DNA of 64,000 nucleotides from Adineta vaga (lineage: Eukaryota > Animalia > Rotifera), in the NCBI GenBank assembly GCA_021613535.1, contig CP075495.1, forward strand, positions 10,292,001 through 10,356,000, given 5' to 3'. Under the pieces are notes generated by a model. The model made no database searches, was not told the origin of the DNA, and saw nothing but the letters and a program-made list of their open reading frames with translations. Of the stretch, positions 44,967 to 57,973 are shown piece after piece; position 1 is the first letter of the stretch; each line of letters starts with the position of its first letter. The translations under genes and the position numbers were made by a program.

Positions 44967-45307
44967 ATTTATTAACATTAATTTTATTTCGTTATAGTTG
45001 ATGCAGTGAATTTGTTTTCTTGCTGCAGTTCATAAAATCTATAACGTTCGACGTGAAGTTAGAGAAACTAGTGCATGTTAGATGGCGTCATCTGTTCGAT
45101 GGTTTTTATCTAAATTGAATGAATTCAAAAGTTCATTTTTACAATTTTTTAAATGTAGATGAAAAGTTTCTATAGATTGACATATTATATCAGATTGTAT
45201 ACAATAAGAATCACTGTTACTAGGGTAATCCTCTTTTGAATTCTTAATCTTTAATGGCAGCATTCGTTATATTTTCTATATGTTTATGAATATTTGTTAT
45301 TGAAACT

Positions 45308-47460
45308 ATGGCTGAAAGCAATACAGTCATTTCAAAAGATTCCGATAATGAACTTATTCTAGTCAAAGATCGTTATAAAACAATAAAAGTGTTAGGTCGT
45401 GGCAGTTATGGCGAAGTATGGCTTGTTTCCCCACTTGAATCAAGTGTTGGTAGTAAAAGTAAACCTCGTCGATGTGTACTTAAACGTGTTAGTGTAGCTC
45501 GTTCAACTGATGAAAATAATGAATTAGCCGCTGCTGAACGTGAAGCACAATTATTATCTTCACTTAAACATCCAAATATTGTTTCATATATTGAATCATT
45601 TCGTTCTCGTGATCATCATTTGAATATTGTTATGGCTTTTTGTGAAGGTGGAGATTTATATACAAAATTAAAATATCGTAAAAAACAATTATTAGATGAA
45701 GCACAAATTATTGAATGGTTCATTCAAATTACACTGGCATTGCAATATATGCATGAAAGATCAATTTTACATCGTGATTTGAAAACACAAAATATCTTTT
45801 TAACAAAACTTGAAATTGTTAAAGTTGGTGACTTAGGTATCGCAAAAATACTTGATAATAATGGAGCAGATCTAGCAACAACTGTTATTGGTACACCGTA
45901 TGTATTTAATTGAAAGAGTTTTAAAAAAGAAACAAAAACAAAGTCGATCTCTTCTTTTATATTAGATATTATATGAGTCCAGAGATATTTTCCAATCAAC
46001 CCTACGGTCAAAAATCGGATATATGGGCACTTGGCTGTTGTGTTTATGAAATGACAACATTAGAACATGCGTTCAAAGCTGGTGATATTAGTTCACTTGT
46101 ATTGAAAGTTGTTCGGGGACAAACACCACCATTACCATCTGCTGATGTTTATAGTCAATCACTATTGGAATTAATCAATCTTATGTTAGATAAAGATGCA
46201 GCTAATCGACCAAGTGCCAAACAAATTTTGCAACATCCATATATTAAACAGCATATCGTCAGATTATATAATAAAACAAGAGAACGTTGTCAGCCATATA
46301 TAACAACGCCGGTATAGGGTAAAACTTATATTTTGGTTGAGAGAGAAGAATAATAGAGATCAAAATACATTGTCTTATACTTTCAAATAGAAAATCAATT
46401 CTATTCAAAAAGCAAAGTTTACTTTATTCGTCGATAGAATTTCGGATCAGTCATCATAAAACAGAAAGAAAGAACGAAACATCTGATGTATTTTTTTTTC
46501 ATTTAGTCGTCGCAACCATCCTCACTTGAAAATTTACCACAGCACAATAATGATCATTCTACGCCTCCTGAACCTAAACCACGTGCTTCACATCTACTAC
46601 CTTCGGAAGAAAAAACCAACGAAAAACCTAAATCACCAGTTCCACCGTTAAGTCAATCACGAGCTCGACGTCTAAAACAAAAAACAGCTGCCGCAAACGA
46701 TGATATACCAGAATCTCCATCGTCTATTGTCGTTATTACTAATGAAGATGAAGAAAAACAAACTCAATTGATCAATAATGCATTCATAGCAAAAATAAGA
46801 GAAAATGATACTCTCGCTCGTTTTAAGCGAGTTTCTTCATCACCTGGCGATGTACAGTCAAATGATGGTATGATCTATCGTCTTTTTTTGTTCGTTTCAT
46901 CTTAATTGTATTCTTCATACGGATTTTCAGATAACAATATACCACGTGCGAATACTACTGCTCGTCAACGACGACGTGAACAACGTTTTTCTTCAACATC
47001 AACTCTAATTGATGATGAAAATATTCAACCCAAGACTTCACCAGTTTATGATCGTTCAATATCAAATGATAGTCAAATTGATTTCGTCGAACAAGAACGA
47101 AAAGCTAAAAAAGATATTAACGATTTCTTACATCAACTTGATGCCACTCTACGTCAACCTATTTCATCATCTGTTTCATCGTCAGTAGCATCAACATCAG
47201 TAGAAGTTCCTTCAATGTTTGATCGTACAATGATGGCAACAAATAAATTAGAAGAAAGACGTGATGCTCTAAGAGAAAATTGTTTAAAGGAAATTTCATC
47301 CAAACAATTAAAACAAATTCTCGATATCTTAGATCATGTCAGTGACACCGAAATCAAACAACGAATGATTGAAATATTGGGAGAAGATATTTATGAAAAA
47401 TATTGTGCACAAATTTATTCATTGAAATTTTATGAAAATTCAATATTTACACGACAATAA
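45308..47460 (+). CDS. NIMA-related Ser/Thr kinase (NEK4-like); introns 45898-45965, 46312-46506, 46868-46930
   Basis: LGRGSYG, EAQLLSSLKHPNIVSY, LHRDLKTQNIFLT, KVGDLGIAK, IGTPYYMSPEIFSNQPY, KSDIWALGC, and a C-terminal helical domain typical of NEK1/4. Confidence 0.93.
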
Positions 47461-47754
47461 TCGTTTCAATATCGTTTGTACTCTATATTTTCTAATTGTG
47501 ATAAATATGTATCAGTATTAGTACATAAATCTTGATTTCTTTTACTTTCAAAATTTATCTCAATATTTTTCTATGTTGTTGTAATCGTTCAAACTCGAAA
47601 TCTATTTTGTCTCACTATGTGTTCACATTGATTTTTATCATAAATATAATTGAATATACAAATTTATATATATGTATATTAGACAAGCGCTAAAAATTCT
47701 CACATATTTCTTCGAATTCTATTCTATTTCGTTTTAACTTCATTCATAGAATGT

Positions 47755-48211
47755 ATGTTGAATACATTTCTTTCTTGCCGTCGTATGTGCTGTAACCGAA
47801 AGCCCAAAATATCTTCAATACCTACAAATCCAATAATTCATTCTCATCCAAACATTGAATTGACCGATAAGATAATTACAAAACCAGAATTTATAGATCA
47901 GATTTCAAGTGACATTGATTTAGATCGTTTAACTGAACAGTATCTCGAACGAATCAATGAATATCGCTTTCAATTAGGATTTTCTCCATTAGAATTTTCA
48001 GACAAGCTTACCAATCGAGCACTACAACGAGCACTGGAATTATCACGACAAAATTATATTGAAACAAGTGATCGATCAAATCTTATGTTTAATGATGAAC
48101 CCATTGGTGAAACGTATGAAAACATTTACAATAATTCTTTCATTCGATTTCATCTCTAGAGTAATATCTTGTCAATCACCCGTTATTTCTTACTGTCACA
48201 GATTGATCTAG
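47755..48211 (+). CDS. Small protein with the N-terminal half of a CAP/SCP-like domain; intron about 48114-48159
   Basis: YLERINEYRFQLGFSPLEFSDKLTNRALQRA...IGET resembles CAP helices 1-2 and the GEN motif. After splicing it stops at TAG 48209-48211. Confidence 0.55.
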
Positions 48212-48440
48212 TTTATAACTTACAATTCGAATTCAAGTTGATTATCGTTCACATACAAAGCAATATTCGATTGTTGAGGATATCGCTTTCCTTTTCCTTC
48301 TTGATAACCTTGATTGGAACCATAGAATGAGAAAGAGTAAAGTATCATAATAATCAAACGTAGTTTATTTAAAAGAACGTAGAATGCAAGAAAAAAGAAA
48401 CATCTCGAAAATAGTAAATCTGTTCATAAAAAAAACACGA

Positions 48441-49167
48441 TTATTTTCGATTATGTTTATCTAAAGCATACTGGCATAGTTCAAAACATTCATGAAGTGA
48501 TAATGGTTTCCATTGTTGATATGAATTTTCAGAGGAATACTGTTCATATAAATCTCTTAATGAATCTGATTTATGATCAGATAATAAATGACACTGTTGA
48601 AATTTTTCAGATAGTAACAATGATTTTCGTTTAAAGATTAATTCTTTTTCTTGAATGAGTTGTTTTCGTTGTGATTTTCGGAATGCTCGTCTTTGCGATT
48701 TGTTATTTGGCGATATTTTTATTTCTTGATTGGTTGATGATGAATGACTTAGACTTCGTGAGGATAAAGACGAAATACGTTCTAGTTCATTGTCGATTGA
48801 TGATTCGGTAGATTGATTCGATGAACGCGTCTTAAAAAATGGATTAATATAAATTTTAACCGTATTAACTACTGATTCTTTTCGATTTGTAGGCGTTGAT
48901 AAAGATGAATATAAAACGGAACAATCATCAACTATAAAGCAACAATAGAACGAAATTAAGAAATATAATATTCTCAGTGAGATTAATATTCCTACGATAA
49001 TCATTCATTGAACAAGATACCATTGGCATCGAATTTGGTGTATAGTCATAATTATGATAGAGTTGTTCATTTGTTGGAATAATTATCGAGAGATCGTGAA
49101 TATTCTCATTTCTGAATGGGAAATAAGATGGATCACGAAAGAATTCGTTCGAAGTTGTCGGAAACAT
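48441..49167 (-). CDS. Uncharacterised Ser/basic-rich protein, intron 48932-48995
   Basis: ATG at 49167 directly after an AG acceptor. A 64-nt phase-1 GT-AG intron joins the two track ORFs (..MNDY-L-DDCSVLY..); ends WKPLSLHECFELCQYALDKHNRK*. An upstream exon is possible. Confidence 0.6.
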
Positions 49168-49816
49168 CTGCACGAAGAAAACCGTTGTTTCTATATCGTT
49201 CGTTCGATTGTTTACTTTATCATTTCTTTCCTGCAGTACGAAATATATCTGGTTATAATGGGTATTTTTTAATGAACTCGATAGATGACGCTAAGCAAAT
49301 GTGTCAATCGATTTTTCATTCCAATTCATAGAACAATTGTAGCTAAATTTTTTGAACTGTCTCAAAAAGTATGATTGTTGATCCTATATTCTTTCGTTTT
49401 TGAGATTATGTTCTATATGGCATATATAAATTATGCATACACTTTTTCAATGTGTGATGTCAGACACATTGAGTTTTGCATAATAATAGCTTTTAAATCT
49501 TGAACGTGTGCTACATATGATTTTTCCAGAACTGGTCACATGTTCCGATCATATTTCCTTATTGATTTAATCTCAAAATGAATATCGACGTCATCCATAG
49601 TTTTCTGTTCTCTTGCGAGCATAGAGTATAGAACTAAAAATTACTTGCGCAGTAGTCACACATTGTTTAGGAGGAAGGGCCAAGTCCATCCCATACTATA
49701 GGCTCTATTTTAATTTCTCAATTCATTGCTTTTTATTACAGAATTCTTGTGATTTTATAGCTTTGGTTAATAATCTATGAACTCATTGTTACGCGTTGTT
49801 TTGATAACCATACATT

Positions 49817-50806
49817 ATGGGTAGTATTGTATCATCACAAATGGACACAGTTGATGTTTCAACAATGAATCGTTATGGAACTTTATCTCTTTTCATCATT
49901 GGAATCATTGGAAATTTATTAAGTATATATATATTCAGTCGAACGCATCTTCGTCGAAATACGTGTGTTTTATGTTTATTATTATCAAGTTGTTTCAATT
50001 TGATTATTCTTATTTTTGGTGTTCTATTACGATGTTTAATGGGTTACGATATTGATTTAACTTACTATTCTTCAATATTCTGTTCGATACGTTATTATCT
50101 CATATATGTATCACAATCAACATCTCTTTGGTTAATTGTATTGGCTTGTCTTGATCGATATCTTTCATCATCGTTGAATTTAAGTCGTCGTCGATGGATA
50201 AATCTACAAAGAACTTATTATATTACATTGTGTATATTAATATTAAGTTCATTAAGTTATATTGAAATATTCTTTTGTTTTGAAGCATCGTCTCGAACTA
50301 ACGGAAGGTGTACAACTAAAGATAACTTTTGTTCATATGTTGATACAGCTAGTTATTTAATTTTAAATAGTTTTTTCCCATCCAGTTTAATGTTAGGTTT
50401 TGGTACAGGTATGCTTATAAATATCAAACGAAGTCATCAACGTATTGGAATAACAAATAGAATAAATCGACGTGATAAACAACTTATATCTATGTTATTA
50501 CTACAAATAATATTTATTGTATTATGTATGTTTCCATTGAGTATCATGAAACTTTATCGATCATTAACTGTATTAAGAATTAAATCAACTGATCAGATAT
50601 ATGATGAATATTTCGCCTATCAAATTTCAATTATAATTTCATACATTAATCCTAGTGGAATGTTTTTTCTTTATACATTACATGGAAAAATTTTTCGTAT
50701 TGAACTTATTCGACTATTTAGCTGTTTACGATGTTGTAATCAACAAACTTTATGGAAACAACGAATATTACCTATAATTCGTATTCATCCGGCAGATCGT
50801 TTTTGA
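49817..50806 (+). CDS. Intronless rhodopsin-like orphan GPCR
   Basis: GIIGN, CSIRYY, ACLDRY, FP in TM5, MFP in TM6, INPSGMFFLY...FRIEL. Confidence 0.92.
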   Translation: MGSIVSSQMDTVDVSTMNRYGTLSLFIIGIIGNLLSIYIFSRTHLRRNTCVLCLLLSSCFNLIILIFGVLLRCLMGYDIDLTYYSSIFCSIRYYLIYVSQSTSLWLIVLACLDRYLSSSLNLSRRRWINLQRTYYITLCILILSSLSYIEIFFCFEASSRTNGRCTTKDNFCSYVDTASYLILNSFFPSSLMLGFGTGMLINIKRSHQRIGITNRINRRDKQLISMLLLQIIFIVLCMFPLSIMKLYRSLTVLRIKSTDQIYDEYFAYQISIIISYINPSGMFFLYTLHGKIFRIELIRLFSCLRCCNQQTLWKQRILPIIRIHPADRF

Positions 50807-51203
50807 ATATGTGATATTTACAAAGAAATCTCATTAGTAAGTTTATTAAACAATAGCCGATTTAATTATATAATCATTCGAAAGAATGACTGGTTTTTCT
50901 AAACATACAACGTCTGGAATATATCAAATCTAAGCTATACAACCAGAAGAAATTATTTTCTAACATACAATAGTTTTTCGCTACTTGACAAAGTTTATAT
51001 TTTTTTTGTAGTTTTAAATTGATAAATTCTATTTGTTATCTTACGCCCTCTTTCGTAACAATCTTTTATAGGATTCCAGGCATTCTCGGTATCCAAATCT
51101 AAAGAAGAAGATTTTTCAATTTCTTTCAAGCTCAATCAACATCCAACGGATCGAACAAAATTGATTATTTTAAATCATTTCTTTTTCATTTTTAGTCAAT
51201 TTC

Positions 51204-52082
51204 ATGTCTATATTAATCAGACAAAAAAACTCACCTATATCTTTTTTACTAAGTCATTCATCTACGAACATCGACAATGAAAATAATTCACCTACAATTT
51301 TTTGTCAAATATCTTCGAACTCATATTTTTATACGGAACTCCTTCGTGAACTTACGTTTTCATCATATTTTGCCAAAGTATTTCATGATCTTCTCACACA
51401 TTCAAACATGAAATTATATCGACAACGTCTCAAATTAATTTTCTCTTTGATCTCTCATCGTTCAAATATTATTTATTTACATGTACACAATCATATCAAT
51501 CGATATGATGAATGTATCAATCGTTATTGGTAGATTTTCATTAATTTTTTCTTCTATTATTTTCTTTCATTTATAATTACATAGGGCATCGATACAATTA
51601 CATGTTTTAGTCAAACGTGTTCGTTATGAATCATCATGGGCATGGTTATCAACATTAGGTGGTGGTCATTCATGTCTTGGTGAAGAATCTATTCGACATG
51701 TAGATATAAAAACTGTTTTCAATAATCTTTAAACGAATCATTTCAATTTATAATATTTAGGCTAAACAAGCTGAAGCAATATCAAAAAATCAAATCGGTT
51801 TATCCAGTGAAATTGGTGATCCAAATGCATTAGTTAAATCTTATTTATTTCTTGCATTAGGTTATTTACAACAAAAACGTTATGATGAAGTTCGAATTAT
51901 ACTTCGGTAAAAGACAAAAAATTGAATAAAATAAAAACTATTCTAATATTCTTTTTTTCAGATTTCAATATCGTCGTCTTCAACAAAAAGATATTACAGA
52001 TGAACGATTACCAATCATGTGTATTGCATTATGGAAAAAAATGAAATATGCTGTTAAACGAGACAAACAACAGAACTCCTAG
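51204..52082 (+). CDS. DUF4807-family protein, 4 exons
   Basis: The spliced product contains WAWLSTLGGGHSCLGE followed by AEAISKNQ...IGDP, the STLGG signature of DUF4807. Exons 2-4 are missed by the ORF track; TAG at 52080-52082. Confidence 0.8.
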
Positions 52083-52534
52083 AAATATCATATTGTATTT
52101 TTTTTATTTTTGTGATATTTAGCAAGATTATAACGTATAAAATAGTTTTGTTTTTATTTTTGTATCAATGGAATATGAGATATCTAGTATTTGAAAGCTA
52201 GAATTCCATGATGATTAAGATCAAATCAAGAAGAATTTTAGTTTAGATTGAGTATCATATCAATCTGAAATTTTGTTTTGAACATTTTTATGATATTTTT
52301 TCTTTTTGATGATAAATATTATTCAAGCGTAGTTAGTTTTCAGATACGTGAAATGCGATACAGAAAAAAAAATAAAAACATTGAATATCGACATAAGAGA
52401 TATATCATTGTCCGGAGAAAACTTCGCGAGAATTAGTTTTGAATAGTAAGAACAAAACGATTCGGGTTTTCTTCTCGTTATTAAAATTATAAATTACATA
52501 TGGAAAAGACAATTATATTTGCATTTCATTATAG

Positions 52535-55500
52535 ATGATTTGGTTAAAATATAAAAAATCAATTTTATTTCTTCCAATATTTTCTATTCTTCTTTATTTT
52601 TTTATTTACCATCCGCTTTTTTCTATCTGTCTTTCATTAATATCTATTGGTATGTTTGCATTTTCGAAGAAAAAATTCTTTGTTATAATCATCTTTTCTC
52701 AGGTTTAATCTATGGTATTATATTAACAATACATCAATCAAAACCATATACAATTGTTCATAGTCGTAAAATCAAGACACGAAATAAGAGTATAGTTAAA
52801 TGGATAATAGAACAAATTCAAGTGAATAAAACAAAATGAAGAACAAATTTGATCGTATATTTTTTGTTTTTGTTTAAGATAACTTCAAAAAAGAATATTA
52901 TAGAAAGTTTCGTAAAAAAACATGAATCAAATATTGATTTAGATACAATTATTGATCAAATATGTGATTTACTTTTACGAGATCTTATTTTACCTTGGTA
53001 TCAACATGTGTCTTGTGAACAAATGACGTTTACTCAATCATTAAAGTAAATAGTTTTCATTAGAGCGAGACAGAACTAACATTTAAATGAAAAATTAAAA
53101 CTATTTCGTTGTTTTCTTCTTCTTCTTCTTCTCTTAGACAAGAAATTCATTTGATTGTATCGAATTTAAAAACACGTTGTGTTTCAATCGATTGGGTTAA
53201 AGTCATTTCAAACGATATTGTCGTACAATTTGCTGATCATTATCAACAAGTTCGTCGATCAACGTTCGTAATTTTCAAACATAATTTCATTCTGTTGTTT
53301 TACTTTTCGATTTTAATTTTATATAGATTACATCCAGAAGAACATCCATTTCACTTATATGCTTATCTTGAAACAGATGAAAGTGAAAATGATTATTTAA
53401 GAACATTAAGTGAAACTCTATTACTTCTTCTTCTTCCACCAAGTTATTCATCTACATTAGCTATACGACATTTATTGCGTGAAATTCTTGTGTTTAAAGG
53501 TAAATTTTAATCTTTCTAATAGAAATTATCATCTTGTTTGGTTTGCATTACATAGTTTTCAAACCTACAATTAATCTAATCTGTGAACCGGATTATTTCA
53601 ATGAAAATATTCTACTAAAAATTGAACAATTAAATATCAATCATGAACAGAAATTGCGAAAATTTACTTTAGCATCGAATTATGAGAATTTCATTAAATT
53701 AATTGAAACAAGTAGTGATCTGGATAAATTAGAACAATTTTGGTAATGCACGAATACGATATTCTTTCATTTTGTACTATTAAGGAAATTGATTTGTATT
53801 TCGAATAGGAATTATATTGTCACAGAGATTATGCAAGCAACAGCAATACGAAACTTATTGAAAGAAGGTGTTATTTCTAATGGTATGTTTATCTGAATAA
53901 ATTCATAGTTGAATCTTTTTTATTGATTTTATTCAGATAATCATCAGACTCGACTTGGAACGAAAGGTGAATTATTAATGAATCGTGATTTAACAAAATA
54001 TCTCAATCAATTACGACGAGCTAAACTTGTTTGTGAAAGACGTATAACAGCGAACGGTGGTCGAAGTTATCTACTTGTCGATGCAAGTACAAATAAAATC
54101 AATTTAGCTAATCGAAAAGTATGTTTTGCGAATGCTTGAACATAAAAAATGAAAATATCTTTTTAACATATGAAAATTTACTAGATACTTTCATTAAATA
54201 TGATATTGAGTTGTATTACGGGTCGTCATTATTTACATCAATTTTTAGAAACATTCGGTACTCATATATTAGTGAAGTAAGATATTGAAATAGAATGACA
54301 AAATTTGATTCGAAAATTGATGATTTCTATCGTAGATTTTGGTATGAGATTTGGAAATTACGTTCTGGTAAGAAAAAGAATTCAGTTCGTGAATTGTCAT
54401 CAATCTAATCATGATATTATTTAGCTGCATCGAATGAACGACATCGTGTTGCAACAAATATTTATAAAACATATATAACACGTTTTGGTAGTGCTGTTCG
54501 AGATGAAATTGATAATGCAACTGTTGTACGAATGAAATCATTTCTTGTTGGAGAACAAGTACGTAGAACTTATTTGTAAATCGAGTTGATTGCGATACAT
54601 TTTTCTATTATAAGGCTGAACCAGATGCATTTTACCATGCTCAATCGATTGTTTATCGAGTATTACAACGTGATTATTATGCATCATTTCTTGTCTCGAA
54701 ACAATATGATGCATTATGTCGAACATTTAATCCATCGAATTTACAAGATTGTATGAATTTTTCTTTGATTCACATTTGTATTTGTATTTTGTTTTTGTTA
54801 TATAGTCGATTTAAAAGAACAATTACTTGGTTGGTCAACACCAATTTCTGCCGATGAAAATTATGATGACTCAGATGAAAATCGTACGACACAACAAGCA
54901 GAATCATCACTTAATGATGAACCATCACAAAGTGTACCAAAACGTTTAGCTGATTTACGAAATCTATTAGCAACTAAACAATATGCATTAACAGCTGCAA
55001 AAGAAGGTGCTATATTTGATGCTACAGTTTGTATAGAATTCTACTTTGAAATTTATTCACAATAGAAATTATATCCTAGATATTAGCTTCACTTGAACGT
55101 GATTGTGCTGATTTAAATCAAGAAATCAGTACGTTGGAATGTTTATTAGAAAATGTTGATCTATGGTGGTCATTTTTGGGTCAATGGCAAGCACAAGTTC
55201 TTTCTGATGTGGTAAGTATTGAATTTATTTCGAACGAAGAAGAACACGAAAATTTGTTATAAATATATTTCTCTTTTCATACATAAGATTGGAAATGGTC
55301 GATCATGTTTAGCTGTATTAATTCGTAGTCCAAATAGTGAACAAGATCAAGTGGGTTGGGTTATTACACGTAGTGTTAATGCATGGCAACATTTTTATTT
55401 TCGTTTAAAAGAAGTTTGTTGATATTTCAAAAAAATATTTTTTTAAATTCAAATTATTTAGTTACAATCATCTTTACCAACAATTGATTATTTTCGGACA

Positions 55501-56506
55501 CGTCATCGTAATTTTTCTCAATTAGTCTATGATAAAGTTTTATGTCAACAAATATCTGAACAATTGGAAAAATTTCTTCAAGAAATATTACAAGATGAAC
55601 ATGTCTCTTCGTTTGAATTGGTTTATCAATTTTTAAATCCATCCATTGTCGATAATGATCGACAATCTTCAAATTTAGTATCTGTTAAAAAGAAACATTC
55701 GAGTTCTAATAAACATTCATTGTAAGTTATATGTGCTCTTGCTTTGACAACGTAGTGTCATCCTAATTACTTTTACTTTTAGTGATATGTTTCGTCCTGA
55801 TAAAACATCCAATGAATTGCTAGAAATCGATAGGTATAAAATGAAATTATTCCCTTTTACTTTAAACAAACAATTCTAATCGTATTGTTTTCGTATTATT
55901 TGTATAGTGTACGATTTCTCGAAGGTCGTGCTGATTCCATTGCTAAACCATTCTATGCTTTTATTGATATTTTATTCGATGAACAAGGAGGTTTACTTAA
56001 ATTAATTCGTATGACATTAGTACAATTTATTCGTGTTACATATGGTAGTACAATAAATCGACAAGTTCGTCGATTTATTGTTAGTCTGTTTCAAGAAGAA
56101 TATGTTGTCAAATGTTTAATTATGTTACGAAATGCATTTTGGCCTACGACACCATCCGTAGAACGGCAGACACGTACCGAAGAAGAAAAACTTGAACGAA
56201 GACAACAGGCAAAACGACAATTACTAACAAATATTCCAGGTTTAGTAAAAGAGATTTGATTATTTTGAAAAATAACTTCAATTTTTTTAGAAACAATTTC
56301 ATTAATATTTGGCTCGGATAATGCACGACTTGGTGCCGAACGTTTATTTGAACTTTTTCAAGATATGCAATTGAATAAGCATTTATGCTATGTAAGAATC
56401 GATTTCATCATCTACCTTTAGTATTTCTTTTTCTATTATTTCTGTTTAGAAATTTTTGATATTAATTATAAGTGAAATATTCCCAGAATTACAGATCAAA
56501 CTATAA
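52535..56506 (+). CDS. SNX25: Sorting nexin of the PXA-RGS-PX-PXC class (SNX25/snazarus-like), about 19 exons
   Basis: N-terminal TM hairpin; PXA (LLRDLILPWY, LLREIL..VFKP); TEIMQAT and KYLNQLRRAKLVCERRI; RGS-like FLE...KFWYEI; coiled coil; PX-like segment; PXC (DSIAKPFY, AFWP, LNKHLCY, EIFPEL). Confidence 0.88.
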
Positions 56507-56829
56507 AATTATTTTTTCTACTATTTTTGATATTTAATGTGCAATTGTAATTGATACTATTGAAATCGATAAATGAAATTGTTTAAATAAATCGTTGAAG
56601 ATTAGTTTCGATGTTCGTATGCATAATGATAAGGTTCAAATCTGATTACTATTGTGCTAAGTTATTAACGAGGTTTATTAAAAGCAAAGATATAGTTTGG
56701 TAATGAGATTTTACTTTACAGATGTACATTCATACTACTTTCTCTCGATATAGTGAGAACGTGAGAACATGATGTTCTGTATCTGATACAGATTTTATTG
56801 ATTATAAAAAAGTAGTTTAACAAATTCGA

Positions 56830-57973
56830 TCAAATCAAACCAATATTTTCTTTTTGTACTGTTTGTAAATTTTTTCTTCGTTTTTCTCGTATGTTCTCGT
56901 CATTATCTTTATTGAATGCATCTAATGGTCGTCTACCAGAAACTTTAAATAAGAACCATTCAGAGAACCATTGTGGCAAGAGAAAATCATTAATCAAACC
57001 AACATATTTTAAATGATATGGTAAGATAATTTCATTTCGTTGCCATTCAATTGCATCTAAGACTTCTTTAGCTACGTAACGAGCAGAAACAATCGGTAAA
57101 AGTGATTTTAATGAAACATGATTAATAACAGGATTGAACATTTTTGTACGCATTAAATATGGACATACACAATGAACATGTACACGAGAATATGGATGTG
57201 TTGCATGAATATCCATACGAAGTGATCGACTAAGACCTAAACTAGCATGTTTCGATGAAACATAACTAATGGGACCATGACAAGCATGTTTACCTATAGA
57301 ACAGAAGATAAAGAAATGAAGCCTTTTAATACTTAGAAAAGGTTTTTTTCTTTCTTTACCAAGCACACTAGAAATCAGAACAACATGTCCACGATTGGCA
57401 TCTAACATGTATGGTAAGAATGCTTTGATTAACCAAATAGGTGAAAGTGAATTGACACCAAATGTACGTTCAATATCTGAATCCGATTCAGTCAATAAAG
57501 TTCGACCGCTAACATAACCAGCATTAGCAATAAGTATTGTGACTTGTCCAAGATCATAACGAACGCGTTCAGCACAAGCGTAAACATCAACTGCACGTGT
57601 AACATCAACATGATAGACTCGTACACGACTTGACGAATTTTGACTATGTAATATTGCTAAACATTGTTGTTGAGTTTCACGATTTCCTATTTTGAAAAAG
57701 GAATAATTTTTTTCTTATCAGACATATAATTATACCTGCATCATCAATATCCAACAGTGCTAATGACGCACCAGCTTTAGCAAATGCTAGAGCGATTTCT
57801 CTTCCTAAACCATTACCAGCACCTGTTATAAGGACGATATTATCGTGATAATTATAAATCGTTGGTTGTAAACCTAACCATTGTAAACAACGATAAAAGA
57901 AGAGAAATGCTATAGCAAATGGATACAGTATTAAATTGATAATAAAACGTAGAAAACCAAATAAATCAATCAT
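56830..57973 (-). CDS. Short-chain dehydrogenase/reductase, SDR16C/DHRS3/RDH10-like, 3 exons
   Basis: N-terminal membrane anchor, VLITGAGNGLG, DVT, ANAG, catalytic YVSSK, VCPY. Confidence 0.9.
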
